NCBI GenBank assembly: GCA_031399265.1
Contig: JANNOR010000280.1
Coordinates: 15,378 to 79,377 of the forward strand
Length of the DNA: 64,000 nucleotides
Origin: Cyanobacteria bacterium SOY_34_metabat_3
GTDB taxonomy: Bacteria; Cyanobacteriota; Cyanobacteriia; Cyanobacteriales; Microcoleaceae
Reading direction: 5' to 3'
Every line of letters begins with the position of its first letter. Position 1 is the first letter of the stretch. The notes below the pieces were generated by a model that was not told the origin of the DNA, did no database searches, and saw nothing but the letters and a program-made list of their open reading frames with translations. The position numbers and the translations under genes were made by a program. Positions 1 to 9,974 of the stretch are shown here, one piece after another.

Positions 1-729
1 GCGGAAGTTTGGACAGTACCTATATCTTTAAAAAATGGTCGCGATTATTATCCTAGCTTCGCCGAGTTTGTTGAGGAAGAAACGAAACGCTTCGAGCAAA
101 TTTATGTAAGCGAAGCCTATTCTCATCCGAGTCAGTTCGACATCACGCGGTTTACGAGAGTTCCCAAGCACAACTTTGAGACAGAAGAAATAAAAATTAC
201 CTTTATTTGGCGGGAAGACCGCCTTTTTGTAAACAGTTTGCTGTTCCGAGTTCTGAGAAAATTGCATCTGCTGTCAATTGGGCTGGCGGTTCAAAATTGG
301 AAGGTGCGCCGCTTATTTGAGGGAATTCGATCGCGCGTACCGTTCGCAAAATTTGCAGTAGCAGGTTTAGGCACAAAGACTCAGTTCCCGGAATGGATTG
401 AAGATTGTAGGGTAGAGATGTTTAATGAAAAAATCGAACAGGAAATCTGCCAAATTTATGCTGATAGCCGTTTGGTAATAGGGCTGCACGGCTCTAATAT
501 GCTGCTGCCTTCTGGCCACGCTGGCATGACAGTGGATTTAATAGATGAACGCTGGGGCAATTTTGCACAAGACATTATCTACCAAGAGAGCAACCCGAAA
601 ATGGCTGCTTTTCGCTACAGATTTTTGCCCTATCAGACGAACACTGATACACTGGCATTCATAGCGGCTGTGATGGTTCTGACTCTTGATGAGTTTAAAT
701 CCCACATGACTGCTGATGTTGTTAATTGA
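1..729 (+). CDS. 5'-truncated hypothetical protein of the polysaccharide cluster (possibly glycosyltransferase-like)
   Basis: Frame 1 is open from base 1 (AEVWTVPISL...) through the 238..729 ORF; GLHGSNM motif; first gene of the GT cluster. Confidence 0.6.
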   Translation, partial: AEVWTVPISLKNGRDYYPSFAEFVEEETKRFEQIYVSEAYSHPSQFDITRFTRVPKHNFETEEIKITFIWREDRLFVNSLLFRVLRKLHLLSIGLAVQNWKVRRLFEGIRSRVPFAKFAVAGLGTKTQFPEWIEDCRVEMFNEKIEQEICQIYADSRLVIGLHGSNMLLPSGHAGMTVDLIDERWGNFAQDIIYQESNPKMAAFRYRFLPYQTNTDTLAFIAAVMVLTLDEFKSHMTADVVN

Positions 730-753
730 AATGGCGGAGGGTAGGAGTAAAAT

Positions 754-1623
754 ATGACGAACTCTAAAGTTATAGTAACCCTGGCAATTGGCAAAAGATA
801 TTTGAAAAATTGGCAAGATTTCTGCGGAGCCAACTGGCAAAAGTATGCCGATCGCCACGGATACGATATTATTTGTATTGAAAAGCCTTTAGATGATTCC
901 GAACGCGCTCAAAAGCGATCGCCCTGCTGGCAAAAGTGTCTGATCCTCGGCGAGGAATCCGTCCAGAAATACGATCGAGTAGTCTGGGTAGATGCAGACG
1001 TTTTGATCAATTGGGCAAATGCTCCTTGTATTGTCGAAGGGGTGGCTGTGGATAAAGTAGGTGCAGCGCCAGAATGGGCAACACCTAACGAGCAGTTATC
1101 TGCCGAAGCTAAAGACAGATTGTTTGAGACGTGGGGAATTACGGACGAAAAAAACGAGCGGGATACTTATGCTAAATACGGTATTGCGCCGGAATTCGAT
1201 CGCATTGTCCAAGATGGTATTATGGTACTGTCGCCGTCTCACCACCGCTCGATTTTAGAAAAAGTTTACCGTGAATGCGAAGAAACAGGATTCGGTGAAA
1301 TGCCTTGGCTTTCTTACGAACTGTTAAAAGCCGATCGCGTTCAATGGATCGATCCGCGATTCAGCACGGTCTGGAGCGTCCACAAAGCTTTGTATTACCC
1401 ATTTTTGCTGCCAAAACCGAAAACAAAAGCCAGTTTGTTCGATCGCGCCAAAGGCAAACTTTTAGCGAAAGGAGTGCCGCCGCGCCTGGTAGACAGGCGG
1501 GCTAGCGAGTGTGCGACGACGGCTTTGATCAATACTTTTTTTCTGCACTTTGCGGGTACTGCGGGAGAAATGAGACTGGTAGACTTAGAATCGACTTCCT
1601 GGCGCGATTTGCGATCGGCTTAA
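754..1623 (+). CDS. Putative GT-A fold glycosyltransferase (GT34/galactosyltransferase-like)
   Basis: WQKCLIL and WVDADVLIN (DxD) motifs, C-terminal FLHFAG; cluster context. Confidence 0.6.
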   Translation: MTNSKVIVTLAIGKRYLKNWQDFCGANWQKYADRHGYDIICIEKPLDDSERAQKRSPCWQKCLILGEESVQKYDRVVWVDADVLINWANAPCIVEGVAVDKVGAAPEWATPNEQLSAEAKDRLFETWGITDEKNERDTYAKYGIAPEFDRIVQDGIMVLSPSHHRSILEKVYRECEETGFGEMPWLSYELLKADRVQWIDPRFSTVWSVHKALYYPFLLPKPKTKASLFDRAKGKLLAKGVPPRLVDRRASECATTALINTFFLHFAGTAGEMRLVDLESTSWRDLRSA

Positions 1624-1721
1624 CCTTTTTTTAGTCGGTGCTGGAAGTACGGTAAATACTCGGAAGTGTTTTTGTACGAAGCGAAATTTGCATACAATTA
1701 TCAAAATAGTAGAGTAGGTAA

Positions 1722-2654
1722 ATGGCCGATTGGCAATTGAAAACTCCCGTCGCATTTATTATTTTTAAACGCCCCGAAGAAACCGAAAGGGTGTTTGCAG
1801 AAATTCGCAAAGTAAAGCCGCCGAAACTGTTAGTAGTTGCTGACGGGCCCCGTGCAGATAAACCGGGGGAAGACCGAGAGTGCGATCGGGCTCGGGCGAT
1901 TATTGACCGAGTAGATTGGGACTGCGAAGTTCTGAAAAATTACGCAGACGTAAATCTGGGCTGTCGGCGGCGGGTTTCTAGCGGTATAGATTGGGTGTTT
2001 GATACGGTTGAAGAGGCAATTATTATTGAGGATGACTGTCTTCCCCATCAGACATTTTTCCGTTTTGCTGAAGAATTGCTCGATCGCTACCGAGACGATG
2101 AAAGAATTATGTCAATCTCCGGTCAAAATGTGCAGTTCGGGCGAAAAAGAACTGACTACAGCTACTACTTTTCTCGCTACAATCACTGCTGGAGTTGGGC
2201 CAGTTGGAGGCGAGCTTGGCAGCACTACGATTTAGATATGAAGCTGTGGCCCGAAATTCGCGACGGTAATTTTTTGGAGGACGTATTGGGAGACTCGCAC
2301 GCTGCAAAAGTTTGGACAAAGACTTTTCAGCTTTGTTATGAACAAAAAATAGATACTTGGGATTTTCAGTGGGCGTTTGCTAGCTTTATTCAAAACGGTA
2401 TGAATATTCTGGCTAATGTCAATTTAACTTCTAACATCGGACACGGTACGGGAGGAACTCACACGGCGGATGTCAGCAGTCCGTACAACAATATGGCCGC
2501 CGAGGCGATCGCATTTCCGTTGAAACACCCGCCCTTTGCAATTCGGGACGCACAAGCCGATAATTTTACTCAAAATACTTTGTATGATTACGATCCGCCG
2601 CTGCTAAAAAAGGTGCAAAAAAAAGTCCATAAACTGTTGAAAAAAAACAAGTAA
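1722..2654 (+). CDS. Nucleotide-diphospho-sugar transferase (HlpA-like glycosyltransferase)
   Basis: PVAFIIFKRP, NLGCRRRVSSGIDWVF, IIIEDDCLP and WGWASW-like motifs. Confidence 0.8.
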   Translation: MADWQLKTPVAFIIFKRPEETERVFAEIRKVKPPKLLVVADGPRADKPGEDRECDRARAIIDRVDWDCEVLKNYADVNLGCRRRVSSGIDWVFDTVEEAIIIEDDCLPHQTFFRFAEELLDRYRDDERIMSISGQNVQFGRKRTDYSYYFSRYNHCWSWASWRRAWQHYDLDMKLWPEIRDGNFLEDVLGDSHAAKVWTKTFQLCYEQKIDTWDFQWAFASFIQNGMNILANVNLTSNIGHGTGGTHTADVSSPYNNMAAEAIAFPLKHPPFAIRDAQADNFTQNTLYDYDPPLLKKVQKKVHKLLKKNK

Positions 2655-2688
2655 AATTAGAAATAAATCTAGAGGACAGATAGGGTAG

Positions 2689-3936
2689 ATGAAGGTTGTA
2701 GTTCTCAATAATTCTGATAGTGAAGGCGGTGCAGCCAGGGCAGCTTACAGGCTGCACCAAGGTTTGCAGGGGATTGGCGTGTCTTCGCAAATGCTGGTGA
2801 AAAATAAGAAAAGCGGCGATCCGAATGTCATATTGTCACAGAATGGCATTGCGAATAAGTTTGATAAGATTATTTCAACTATATCTAACTCGCCATTGCG
2901 GCTTTACCCTAAGAGAAATCCTGTGATATTTTCTCCCCAATGGTTGCCAGATTCCCTAGCTGCGAAAGTTGCCAAAATCCAACCAGATATTATTAATTTG
3001 CACTGGGTTTGCGGGGGTTATATGCAAGTAGAAACCATTCCCAAGTTTAATAAACCCCTAGTCTGGACGCTTCACGATATGTGGTCTTTCACGGGTGGAT
3101 GCCACTACAGCGAAGAGTGCGATCGCTACACTAAATCTTGCGGTAGCTGTCCGCAACTTCACAGCAGCAAAGAGTCCGATCTGTCGCGGTGGGTGTGGGA
3201 GCGGAAAGCGAAAGCTTGGAAAAATATTGACTTAACTGTGGTTAGCCCTAGTGCTTGGTTGGCTAAATGCGCTAGTTCTAGTTCTTTGTTGAAAGATTGT
3301 CGAGTTGAGGTAATTCCTTACGGCATTGATATTAAAACGTACAAACCCATAAATCGTGAATGGGCGCGAGAAATCCTGAATTTACCTAAAGATAAACAAA
3401 TTGTACTCTTTGGAATTGCAGGGGGGACTAGCAACCGCTGGAAAGGATTTAACCTGCTAGTATCGGCTTTGCAAAGCCTGAGCAAGTCGGGCTGGAAAGA
3501 TCGGATAGAGCTGCTGGTTTTTGGTTCTTCTCAACCGGAAAATGCCGTTGAACTGGGTTTTAAAGCTTACTATTTGGGTAATCTAGCAGATGATATCTCC
3601 CTAGCAACAGTTTATGCAGCAGCAGATGTGTTCGTCGCTCCTTCTGTTTACGATAATTTGCCAAACACGGTGATGGAAGCTGGAGCCTGCGGCATTCCTA
3701 GCGTCGCATTCAATATCGGGGGAATGCCGGATCTGATCGAACACTGCTCAAATGGCTACTTAGCGAAACCTTATGAAACAGAAGATTTAGCTACAGGTAT
3801 TGCATGGGTACTGGAAAATCGCGATCGACACCAACAACTCTGCGCTAGGGCGCGTCAGAAAGTGGAACAAGAATTCACTTCAGACATACAAGCTAGGCGC
3901 TATTTGTCTCTTTTTTCCGAACTTGAGGGCGCTTAA
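2689..3936 (+). CDS. GT4 family glycosyltransferase
   Basis: GGAARAAYRLH, WTLHDMWSFTGGCH, DNLPNTVMEA. Confidence 0.9.
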   Translation: MKVVVLNNSDSEGGAARAAYRLHQGLQGIGVSSQMLVKNKKSGDPNVILSQNGIANKFDKIISTISNSPLRLYPKRNPVIFSPQWLPDSLAAKVAKIQPDIINLHWVCGGYMQVETIPKFNKPLVWTLHDMWSFTGGCHYSEECDRYTKSCGSCPQLHSSKESDLSRWVWERKAKAWKNIDLTVVSPSAWLAKCASSSSLLKDCRVEVIPYGIDIKTYKPINREWAREILNLPKDKQIVLFGIAGGTSNRWKGFNLLVSALQSLSKSGWKDRIELLVFGSSQPENAVELGFKAYYLGNLADDISLATVYAAADVFVAPSVYDNLPNTVMEAGACGIPSVAFNIGGMPDLIEHCSNGYLAKPYETEDLATGIAWVLENRDRHQQLCARARQKVEQEFTSDIQARRYLSLFSELEGA

Positions 3937-3950
3937 AACAGCACCGCCCA

Positions 3951-4709
3951 TTAAACCAACTGTTTGCGCTGCTCTGGCGCAGCAAAAAAATTAGACTTTC
4001 TAAATTGTCCGTTTTCTTTAACAAACACCATGTCTACTTGAGCTAAAGCTCCGTCGAGGGGACGGATGTAACCCCCAAAAATATCGTAGGTGGCAAATCC
4101 GCGCTCTTTCATATAACTGACAACATCGTATAATTGCGGGCCCCCGACAAAGAATTGAAACAGGGATACTTCCAGTATGACTACTTCTGTATCCTCAAGC
4201 ACCTTGCGACAGCCGTCTAAAACATTAAGCTCGGCGCCCTGCACGTCAACCTTCAATAAATAAGGCGCTTTTAAGTTTCTTTCCCGGCACAAATCATCAA
4301 CGACAACCAGAGGAATTTCCCTGGGAACACCGTCGGCAACACTACCTTCTGACTCGTTGAGAGTAGAAGATCCGTAAAGTTGAGGGTGAACATTAATCGT
4401 AATATTTCCCGCTTGAGAGCCGGCGCCAGCCATGATATACTGAGCGTTGTATTTTTGACAAATTTCTTTTAAATTTTTCTCGTATTCGATCAAAGGCTCT
4501 ACCAGCAAAAAGTTGGTTTGGGGGAATTTTTCGTACAATTCAAAAGTCCCGTAGGCAACGCCGACATCTATAACGGTTTCTGGTTGAAAACCCAACTTGA
4601 TGAACTGATCGAGTACGCCGTACATAGATGTTCTCATGCCTCGACGCGGGAGATCGAATCCCAAAGGCTTAAGTATTTTGTACGCTATCTTTTTGAGTAT
4701 TTGCCTCAT
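3951..4709 (-). CDS. FkbM family methyltransferase
   Basis: VIDVGVAYG SAM motif, LLKVDVQGAEL; opposite strand to the rest of the cluster. Confidence 0.88.
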   Translation of the reverse strand: MRQILKKIAYKILKPLGFDLPRRGMRTSMYGVLDQFIKLGFQPETVIDVGVAYGTFELYEKFPQTNFLLVEPLIEYEKNLKEICQKYNAQYIMAGAGSQAGNITINVHPQLYGSSTLNESEGSVADGVPREIPLVVVDDLCRERNLKAPYLLKVDVQGAELNVLDGCRKVLEDTEVVILEVSLFQFFVGGPQLYDVVSYMKERGFATYDIFGGYIRPLDGALAQVDMVFVKENGQFRKSNFFAAPEQRKQLV

Positions 4710-4753
4710 TTTTTTTTCCAGACTACAATATTGAATGAAACTATTATAGATTG

Positions 4754-4980
4754 GTCAGGAACTCAGGGCTTAAGCCACTGAGCTTGTAAGAAATTACAAG
4801 CTGTTCTGACCAGACCCCTTTCACGAGGAGACGTTATTTAGGTCACGACACCGGCGAATGCGACGCTAGTTTTGGGCTCTGTCATCTGCAATTAAACAGT
4901 TTTAAAGTCACTGAAACAGTGTTGCAGGTCTAACAAGCCTTTATAACCAGGTCGAAGCGAACATTACCCCGAAAGGGAGA
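4754..4980 (+). ncRNA. IscB-type omegaRNA scaffold (HEARO-like)
   Basis: Nested helices: 4833-4842 with 4938-4947, 4886-4891 with 4922-4927, terminal CCC-GAAA-GGG hairpin; 3' boundary approximate. Confidence 0.72.
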
Positions 4981-5122
4981 GCGAGGCAACCATACCTCTT
5001 TCATGAGGGGCAACCATACCCCTCCAACCCCGCAAGGGGATTTAAGGTGGTTGAAACCGCCCGCGTCGTTTCCCACGATCGGGCTAAAGCCACGCTCGTT
5101 TCCCACTTACCGATTGATTTTG
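4754..5122 (+). mobile_element. Non-autonomous IS200/IS605 element carrying an IscB-type omegaRNA (HEARO-like), no iscB ORF
   Basis: Closing stem GGTCAGGAAC 4753-4762 / GTTCTGACC 4803-4811; GCTTGTAA-GAAA-TTACAAGC hairpin; HEARO-like blocks GACCAG, ACGTTATTTAGGTCACGACACC, CTCTGTC, ATTAAACAG, CGAAGCGAACATTACC; GGCTAAAGCC end hairpin; ATGAA immediately 3'. Confidence 0.75.
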
Positions 5123-6004
5123 ATGAAACCACACAGCACTATAGCAACAATCGTAACTTGCCATAACCGCAAGCAAAAGACCTTAGCTAGTCTCGCGGCG
5201 CTATTCAATCAGGTGCTGCCGGCAGATGTCTTGCTGGTGGCGTACTTAGTGGACGATGCCAGCACTGACGGTACTGCCGAAGCTGTGCAGGAGACTTATC
5301 CGCAAGTTAAGTTGCTGCGCGGAGATGGGAATTTGTTTTGGAATGGGGGAATGCGACAAGGATTTGCTGAAGCCATGAAGCAAAATTATGACTGCTACGT
5401 CTGGCTCAACGATGATACTGTACTGGAACCGTTCGCCTTGAGCACAATGCTAGCAACGTCCCGCTGCTTGGCCGAGCAAGGCGAGACGCGAGCTATTGCA
5501 GTGGGTTCTACTCGTGACTCGGAAACTGGGGCGCTGACTTATGGAGGCTGGTTGCGGACTAGCTGGTGGCATCCTTTGCATTTTCGCTTGGTGACACCGA
5601 TCGCAGAAGCTCAGCAGTGCAGTACGATGAACGGTAACTGCGTTTTGATGCCGCGAGCAGTAGTTGAAGTAGTGGGAAACCTAGACCCCGCATTCATCCA
5701 CAGCATGGGAGATATTGACTACGGTTTGCGAGCGGTGCAACAAAATTGTACAGTTTGGGTGGTTCCTGGATACGTGGGCACCTGCTCGACCAACCCGCCG
5801 GAGGGTAACTGCTGGGAAGACCCGAACATGAGTTTGCTCGATCGATTTAAAAAGGTACTGCAACCGAAGGGTTTTGGGCCAAAAGAGTCGAAAGTGCTCG
5901 TACAGCGGCACACAAATATCTTGTGGCCGATATATTGGCTGTTACCTTATTTGAGGTTGATTTTGATCTCGGTTCGCCGAGGATCTGTAGGCTATCGCGG
6001 CTGA
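5123..6004 (+). CDS. GT2 family glycosyltransferase
   Basis: TCHNRK, VDDASTDGT, GNLFWNGGM, WLNDD motifs; start placed at ATG 5123 because the 5003 extension lies in the omegaRNA element. Confidence 0.88.
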   Translation: MKPHSTIATIVTCHNRKQKTLASLAALFNQVLPADVLLVAYLVDDASTDGTAEAVQETYPQVKLLRGDGNLFWNGGMRQGFAEAMKQNYDCYVWLNDDTVLEPFALSTMLATSRCLAEQGETRAIAVGSTRDSETGALTYGGWLRTSWWHPLHFRLVTPIAEAQQCSTMNGNCVLMPRAVVEVVGNLDPAFIHSMGDIDYGLRAVQQNCTVWVVPGYVGTCSTNPPEGNCWEDPNMSLLDRFKKVLQPKGFGPKESKVLVQRHTNILWPIYWLLPYLRLILISVRRGSVGYRG

Positions 6005-6092
6005 TAGTATTTTTGCAAGCACAGGGAATGGGGAAGATTTTTTGGCGATACCGCTGGCTTTCTTGTCGTCGCTACAACTAAAGGTGAACCGA

Positions 6093-7244
6093 ATGGATGA
6101 ACTCCGCATCGCTTGGCTTGTCCCGGAAGTGGGCCTGGGAGCTTACTGGCAGCCTGTTTTGAGAGAATTTACGAAAGTGTTTAAAAATACTGTGTTCTAC
6201 ACCGGCGGTGTCTGGCCGGGATTCGACCCAAAAATGCCTGGTTCGTCGGCCATTCAGCTAGTAGGGAAGACGAGTTTTGTCGAAACGACAAAGATAAATA
6301 CAGGCTATGATCGCGGATTCATTGTAGTATCGCCTAGGATTATCGGTTATCTACTCAAATTTCGTCCTCAAGTCGTATTTCCCCAAGCTTTCTCTTTGTG
6401 GACTGTAATTGTGGCTTTGTTAAAACCACTGATGGGATGGAAAATTGCGATTATTTATGATGGCAGTTCCCCGAATACAGACTTTAGAGATTCCAGTTTT
6501 CGGACATTTGTACGCCGCATACTTGTGCGGTTTGCCGATGCTTTTGTTTCTAACAGCAATGCTGGCAAACAATATCTGATGGAAGCGCTTAACGTACCCG
6601 AAAAAAAAATTTTTACTAGAACCTATCTTGTCCCGGATGCGGGAGCTTTAATGAAGCAATTGGATCAAACTAAGCCGCCAAAATTGCAGTTAAAACGTCC
6701 TATTTTTCTGTATGTAGGGCGCATCACGGCTAGAAAGGGAATTAAGACACTTTTAGAAGCTTGCGCTATTCTTAAAAATCAAGGTTATGCTGATTATTCG
6801 CTGTTGATTGTTGGCAAGGGAGATCAGCGGGAGGAACTGGAAGCTTTTATTAAAGAGCGCAATTTTGAAGAGCAGGTAACTTGGGCCGGATGGGTGGAAT
6901 ATGGAAGTTTGGGTGCTTACTTTCAGCAAGCTGATGTTTTTGTATTCCCTACTTTTGAGGATGTCTGGGGAATGGTGGTACCGGAGGCGATGGTTTTTGG
7001 CAAACCTGTACTCTGCTCAAATGGTGCAGCTTCCTGCGAATTGATTGCTGAAGGTGAGAATGGTTATATTTTCGATCCTAAAGACTCTCAAGGCTTGGCC
7101 TCGGCGATGCGGCGTTTTTTGGACAATCCAGATTTGATTGAGTCGATGGGAGAGCGATCGCGCGAATTAATTGCTCAAACAACTCCCGAAACAGCCGCCC
7201 AAGCTTATGTCGAAGTAACATCATTTTTAATGGTTAGTGGTTAA
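6093..7244 (+). CDS. GT4 family glycosyltransferase
   Basis: FLYVGRI, FPTFEDVWGMVVPEAM; likely start ATG 6093. Confidence 0.9.
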   Translation: MDELRIAWLVPEVGLGAYWQPVLREFTKVFKNTVFYTGGVWPGFDPKMPGSSAIQLVGKTSFVETTKINTGYDRGFIVVSPRIIGYLLKFRPQVVFPQAFSLWTVIVALLKPLMGWKIAIIYDGSSPNTDFRDSSFRTFVRRILVRFADAFVSNSNAGKQYLMEALNVPEKKIFTRTYLVPDAGALMKQLDQTKPPKLQLKRPIFLYVGRITARKGIKTLLEACAILKNQGYADYSLLIVGKGDQREELEAFIKERNFEEQVTWAGWVEYGSLGAYFQQADVFVFPTFEDVWGMVVPEAMVFGKPVLCSNGAASCELIAEGENGYIFDPKDSQGLASAMRRFLDNPDLIESMGERSRELIAQTTPETAAQAYVEVTSFLMVSG

Positions 7245-7325
7245 GCTGTTGTAGATAGTAGAAAAAAAACAGCGTTTTTAAGTAACCAACCAAAACTAAC
7301 CACTGACCACAAATTAAAAACTCAA

Positions 7326-7446
7326 GGTGCATCTCTATTTTGCACAAGGGCGAAGCATTTCGGCAGACAATTTATTAGTTATAACCAGAGGTTTACTGCC
7401 GAAATGCTTCGCCCCTACGAATATATTTGCAAAAATGAGATGCACC
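7326..7446. repeat. ~120-bp MITE/REP doublet with terminal IR GGTGCATCTC...GAGATGCACC
   Basis: Internal IR GGGCGAAGCATTTCGGCAG / CTGCCGAAATGCTTCGCCC; inverted second copy at 36155-36273. Confidence 0.8.
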
Positions 7447-7492
7447 CAAAACTCACGGCTAACAACTAACAACTAACAACTAACAATTGCCG

Positions 7493-8722
7493 ATGAAAAT
7501 TCTTTTATCTGCCTTTGCTTGCGAACCCGGACAAGGATCTGAGGAAGGAGTGGGCTGGAATGCGGTGGTAGAAGCCGCAAAACATCAGGATGTATGGGTA
7601 ATAACTCGCACCTTTTACCGTACCGCTATTGAAGCCTTCCTCGCCGCGTGCCCGATCGCTAACCTGCACTTCGTGTACATTGAGCCTTTCGGCTGGAGTG
7701 AAAACTTTAAAGGCAGACAGGGAGGGCTGCAACTGCACTATTACCTGTGGCAAATTTTGGCTTATCAAGAGGCGCGGGAACTCCACCGCCAAATTAATTT
7801 CGACATCGCCCGCCACGTCACCTACGTTAAATTTTGGTCGCCGAGCTTCATCTCGCTGCTGCCTATTCCTTTTATTTGGGGGCCTGTGGGCGGCGGTGAA
7901 GCTGCCCCGAAACCTTTTTGGGAAGATTTTAGCTCCAAGGCAAAACTTTACGAAACAGCGCGAGATTGGGGGCAGCGCCTCGGTGAGAGAGATCCGTTTG
8001 CGAGGATGACGGCTCAAAGAAGCGTCTTAGCTTTGGCGACAACGGATGACACGGCGAAGCGGGTGCGGGCGATGGGGGCTAAAAAGGTGCAGGTGCTTTC
8101 GGAGGCGTGTCTGTCGGAGGAAGAGATGGCGCGGCTGGGAGAGTGCCAGATGCCAGGGGATTCGCCGATCAGGTTCATCAGTATGGGGCGGCTGCTGCAC
8201 TGGAAAGGCTATCACCTCGCGCTGCGGGCCTTTGCCCGAGCTAACTTGCCGAATGCTGAATATTGGCTGCTGGGGGATGGCCCGGAACGCGATCGGCTTC
8301 AGTCTTTAGCGCAAGAATTGGGCATTGCTTCTCAAGTTAAGTTGTGGGGGAGGCTGCCGCGCGAGGAAAGTTTGGGGAAGTTAGGGGAGTCTCATGTACT
8401 GATTCACCCTAGCTTGCACGATTCAGGGGGGTGGACGTGTCTGGAGGGGATGGCGGCGGGGCGTCCGATCGTCTGTTTGGATCTGGGAGGGCCTGCTACT
8501 CAAGTGACTGCCAAAACTGGGGTAAAAGTACCTGCTTGCAATCCAGAACAGGCTGTGCAGGGTCTAGCTGAGGCTCTAGCTGATTTGGCCGGCGATGCCG
8601 AGTTGCGATCGCGATTGGGTGAAGCAGGTCGAAATCACGTCAGGGAAGTATATGACTCGGATGTTAAAGGTAAATTCTTTGCTCAATTGTGCGAAGATAT
8701 AGTCTATCGAAAATCTGGGTGA
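7493..8722 (+). CDS. GT4 family glycosyltransferase
   Basis: MKILLSAFACEPGQGSE, SMGRLLHWKG, HPSLHDSGGWTCLEGM. Confidence 0.9.
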   Translation: MKILLSAFACEPGQGSEEGVGWNAVVEAAKHQDVWVITRTFYRTAIEAFLAACPIANLHFVYIEPFGWSENFKGRQGGLQLHYYLWQILAYQEARELHRQINFDIARHVTYVKFWSPSFISLLPIPFIWGPVGGGEAAPKPFWEDFSSKAKLYETARDWGQRLGERDPFARMTAQRSVLALATTDDTAKRVRAMGAKKVQVLSEACLSEEEMARLGECQMPGDSPIRFISMGRLLHWKGYHLALRAFARANLPNAEYWLLGDGPERDRLQSLAQELGIASQVKLWGRLPREESLGKLGESHVLIHPSLHDSGGWTCLEGMAAGRPIVCLDLGGPATQVTAKTGVKVPACNPEQAVQGLAEALADLAGDAELRSRLGEAGRNHVREVYDSDVKGKFFAQLCEDIVYRKSG

Positions 8723-8781
8723 TATCTGATTTGTTCGATCGCACAAAACAAAGAAAACCATATTTTTTCAGGCGGTGAAAC

Positions 8782-9864
8782 GTGAGCGTTGCAATCATTA
8801 CGGGTTCTGCGGGTTTAATAGGCTCTGAGGCTTGTAAGTTCTTTGCCAAACAAGGCTTAGATATAGTTGGTATCGACAACAATATGCGCCAGTTTTTTTT
8901 TGGTGCTGATGGTTCTACAAACTGGAACCGCCAACTGCTCGAAAAGTCCTTGGGTACCAAGTATTATCACTTAGATGTGGACATTCGCGACTACGAAGCG
9001 ATTACCAATATTTTTCAGCGGTACGGCGAGTCGATCGAGTTAGTAATCCACACGGCAGCCCAACCGAGCCACGATTGGGCCGCCCGCGCTCCCAAAATAG
9101 ATTTTACCGTCAACGCTAACGGTACTCTCAATCTTTTAGAAGCAACTCGCTTGTACTGTCCCAAAGCGGTTTTCATTTTCACTTCTACTAATAAAGTATA
9201 CGGCGATACGCCGAACAAATTGCCTTTAATTGAATTAGAACACAGGTGGGAAATTGAATCGGGACACACTTACGAAAACGGGATTCGGGAAGATATGTCG
9301 ATCGACCAGTGCCTGCACAGTTTGTTTGGTGCTTCCAAAGTAGCCGCTGACATTTTAGTTCAAGAATACGGCCGTTATTTTAATATGAACACCGCTTGTT
9401 TTCGCGGCGGCTGCTTGACGGGACCAAATCACTCAGGAGCTCAACTACACGGCTTCCTCGCCTACTTGATGAAGTGCGCCGTGACGGGAACTCCTTACAC
9501 CGTGTTTGGCTACAAAGGCAAGCAAGTCCGGGATAACATTCACAGCGCTGATTTAATTTCGGCATTTTATGAATTTTATAAAGCTCCTAGAAGCGCCCAA
9601 GTTTACAATACAGGAGGAGGCAGATACAGCAATTGTTCGATGATAGAAGCTATCCAGATGTGCGAATCAATTGCGGAACGCAAATTTAATTGGACTTATG
9701 CTGAAGACAACCGCATGGGCGATCACATTTGGTGGATTAGCGACAATTCAAAATTTTCCAGTCACTATCCTGACTGGAAAATGAAATATAACGTCAAACA
9801 AATCCTGCAAGAAATTTATGACTGTAACCGCGAGCGTTGGCTGAAGGAGGAATCGAAGGATTGA
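8782..9864 (+). CDS. NAD-dependent epimerase/dehydratase (CDP-paratose 2-epimerase/RfbE-like)
   Basis: TGSAGLIG Rossmann motif, [23 protein letters not shown]. Confidence 0.88.
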   Translation: MSVAIITGSAGLIGSEACKFFAKQGLDIVGIDNNMRQFFFGADGSTNWNRQLLEKSLGTKYYHLDVDIRDYEAITNIFQRYGESIELVIHTAAQPSHDWAARAPKIDFTVNANGTLNLLEATRLYCPKAVFIFTSTNKVYGDTPNKLPLIELEHRWEIESGHTYENGIREDMSIDQCLHSLFGASKVAADILVQEYGRYFNMNTACFRGGCLTGPNHSGAQLHGFLAYLMKCAVTGTPYTVFGYKGKQVRDNIHSADLISAFYEFYKAPRSAQVYNTGGGRYSNCSMIEAIQMCESIAERKFNWTYAEDNRMGDHIWWISDNSKFSSHYPDWKMKYNVKQILQEIYDCNRERWLKEESKD

Positions 9865-9974
9865 GCGAAAAAGCATCTGGAGAGAATTGCGGTAAACGTT
9901 TCAAGAGAATGTTAAATCAATCCTAAAGGAGATTTATGAATGTAATGCCGAGCGTGGGCTTAAAGAGGTGTTCC

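Noticed and set aside
5003-5122. N-terminal extension of the GT2 ORF as an iscB remnant or true start
   Set aside because: No PLMP, RuvC or HNH motifs; it is read-through of the element end
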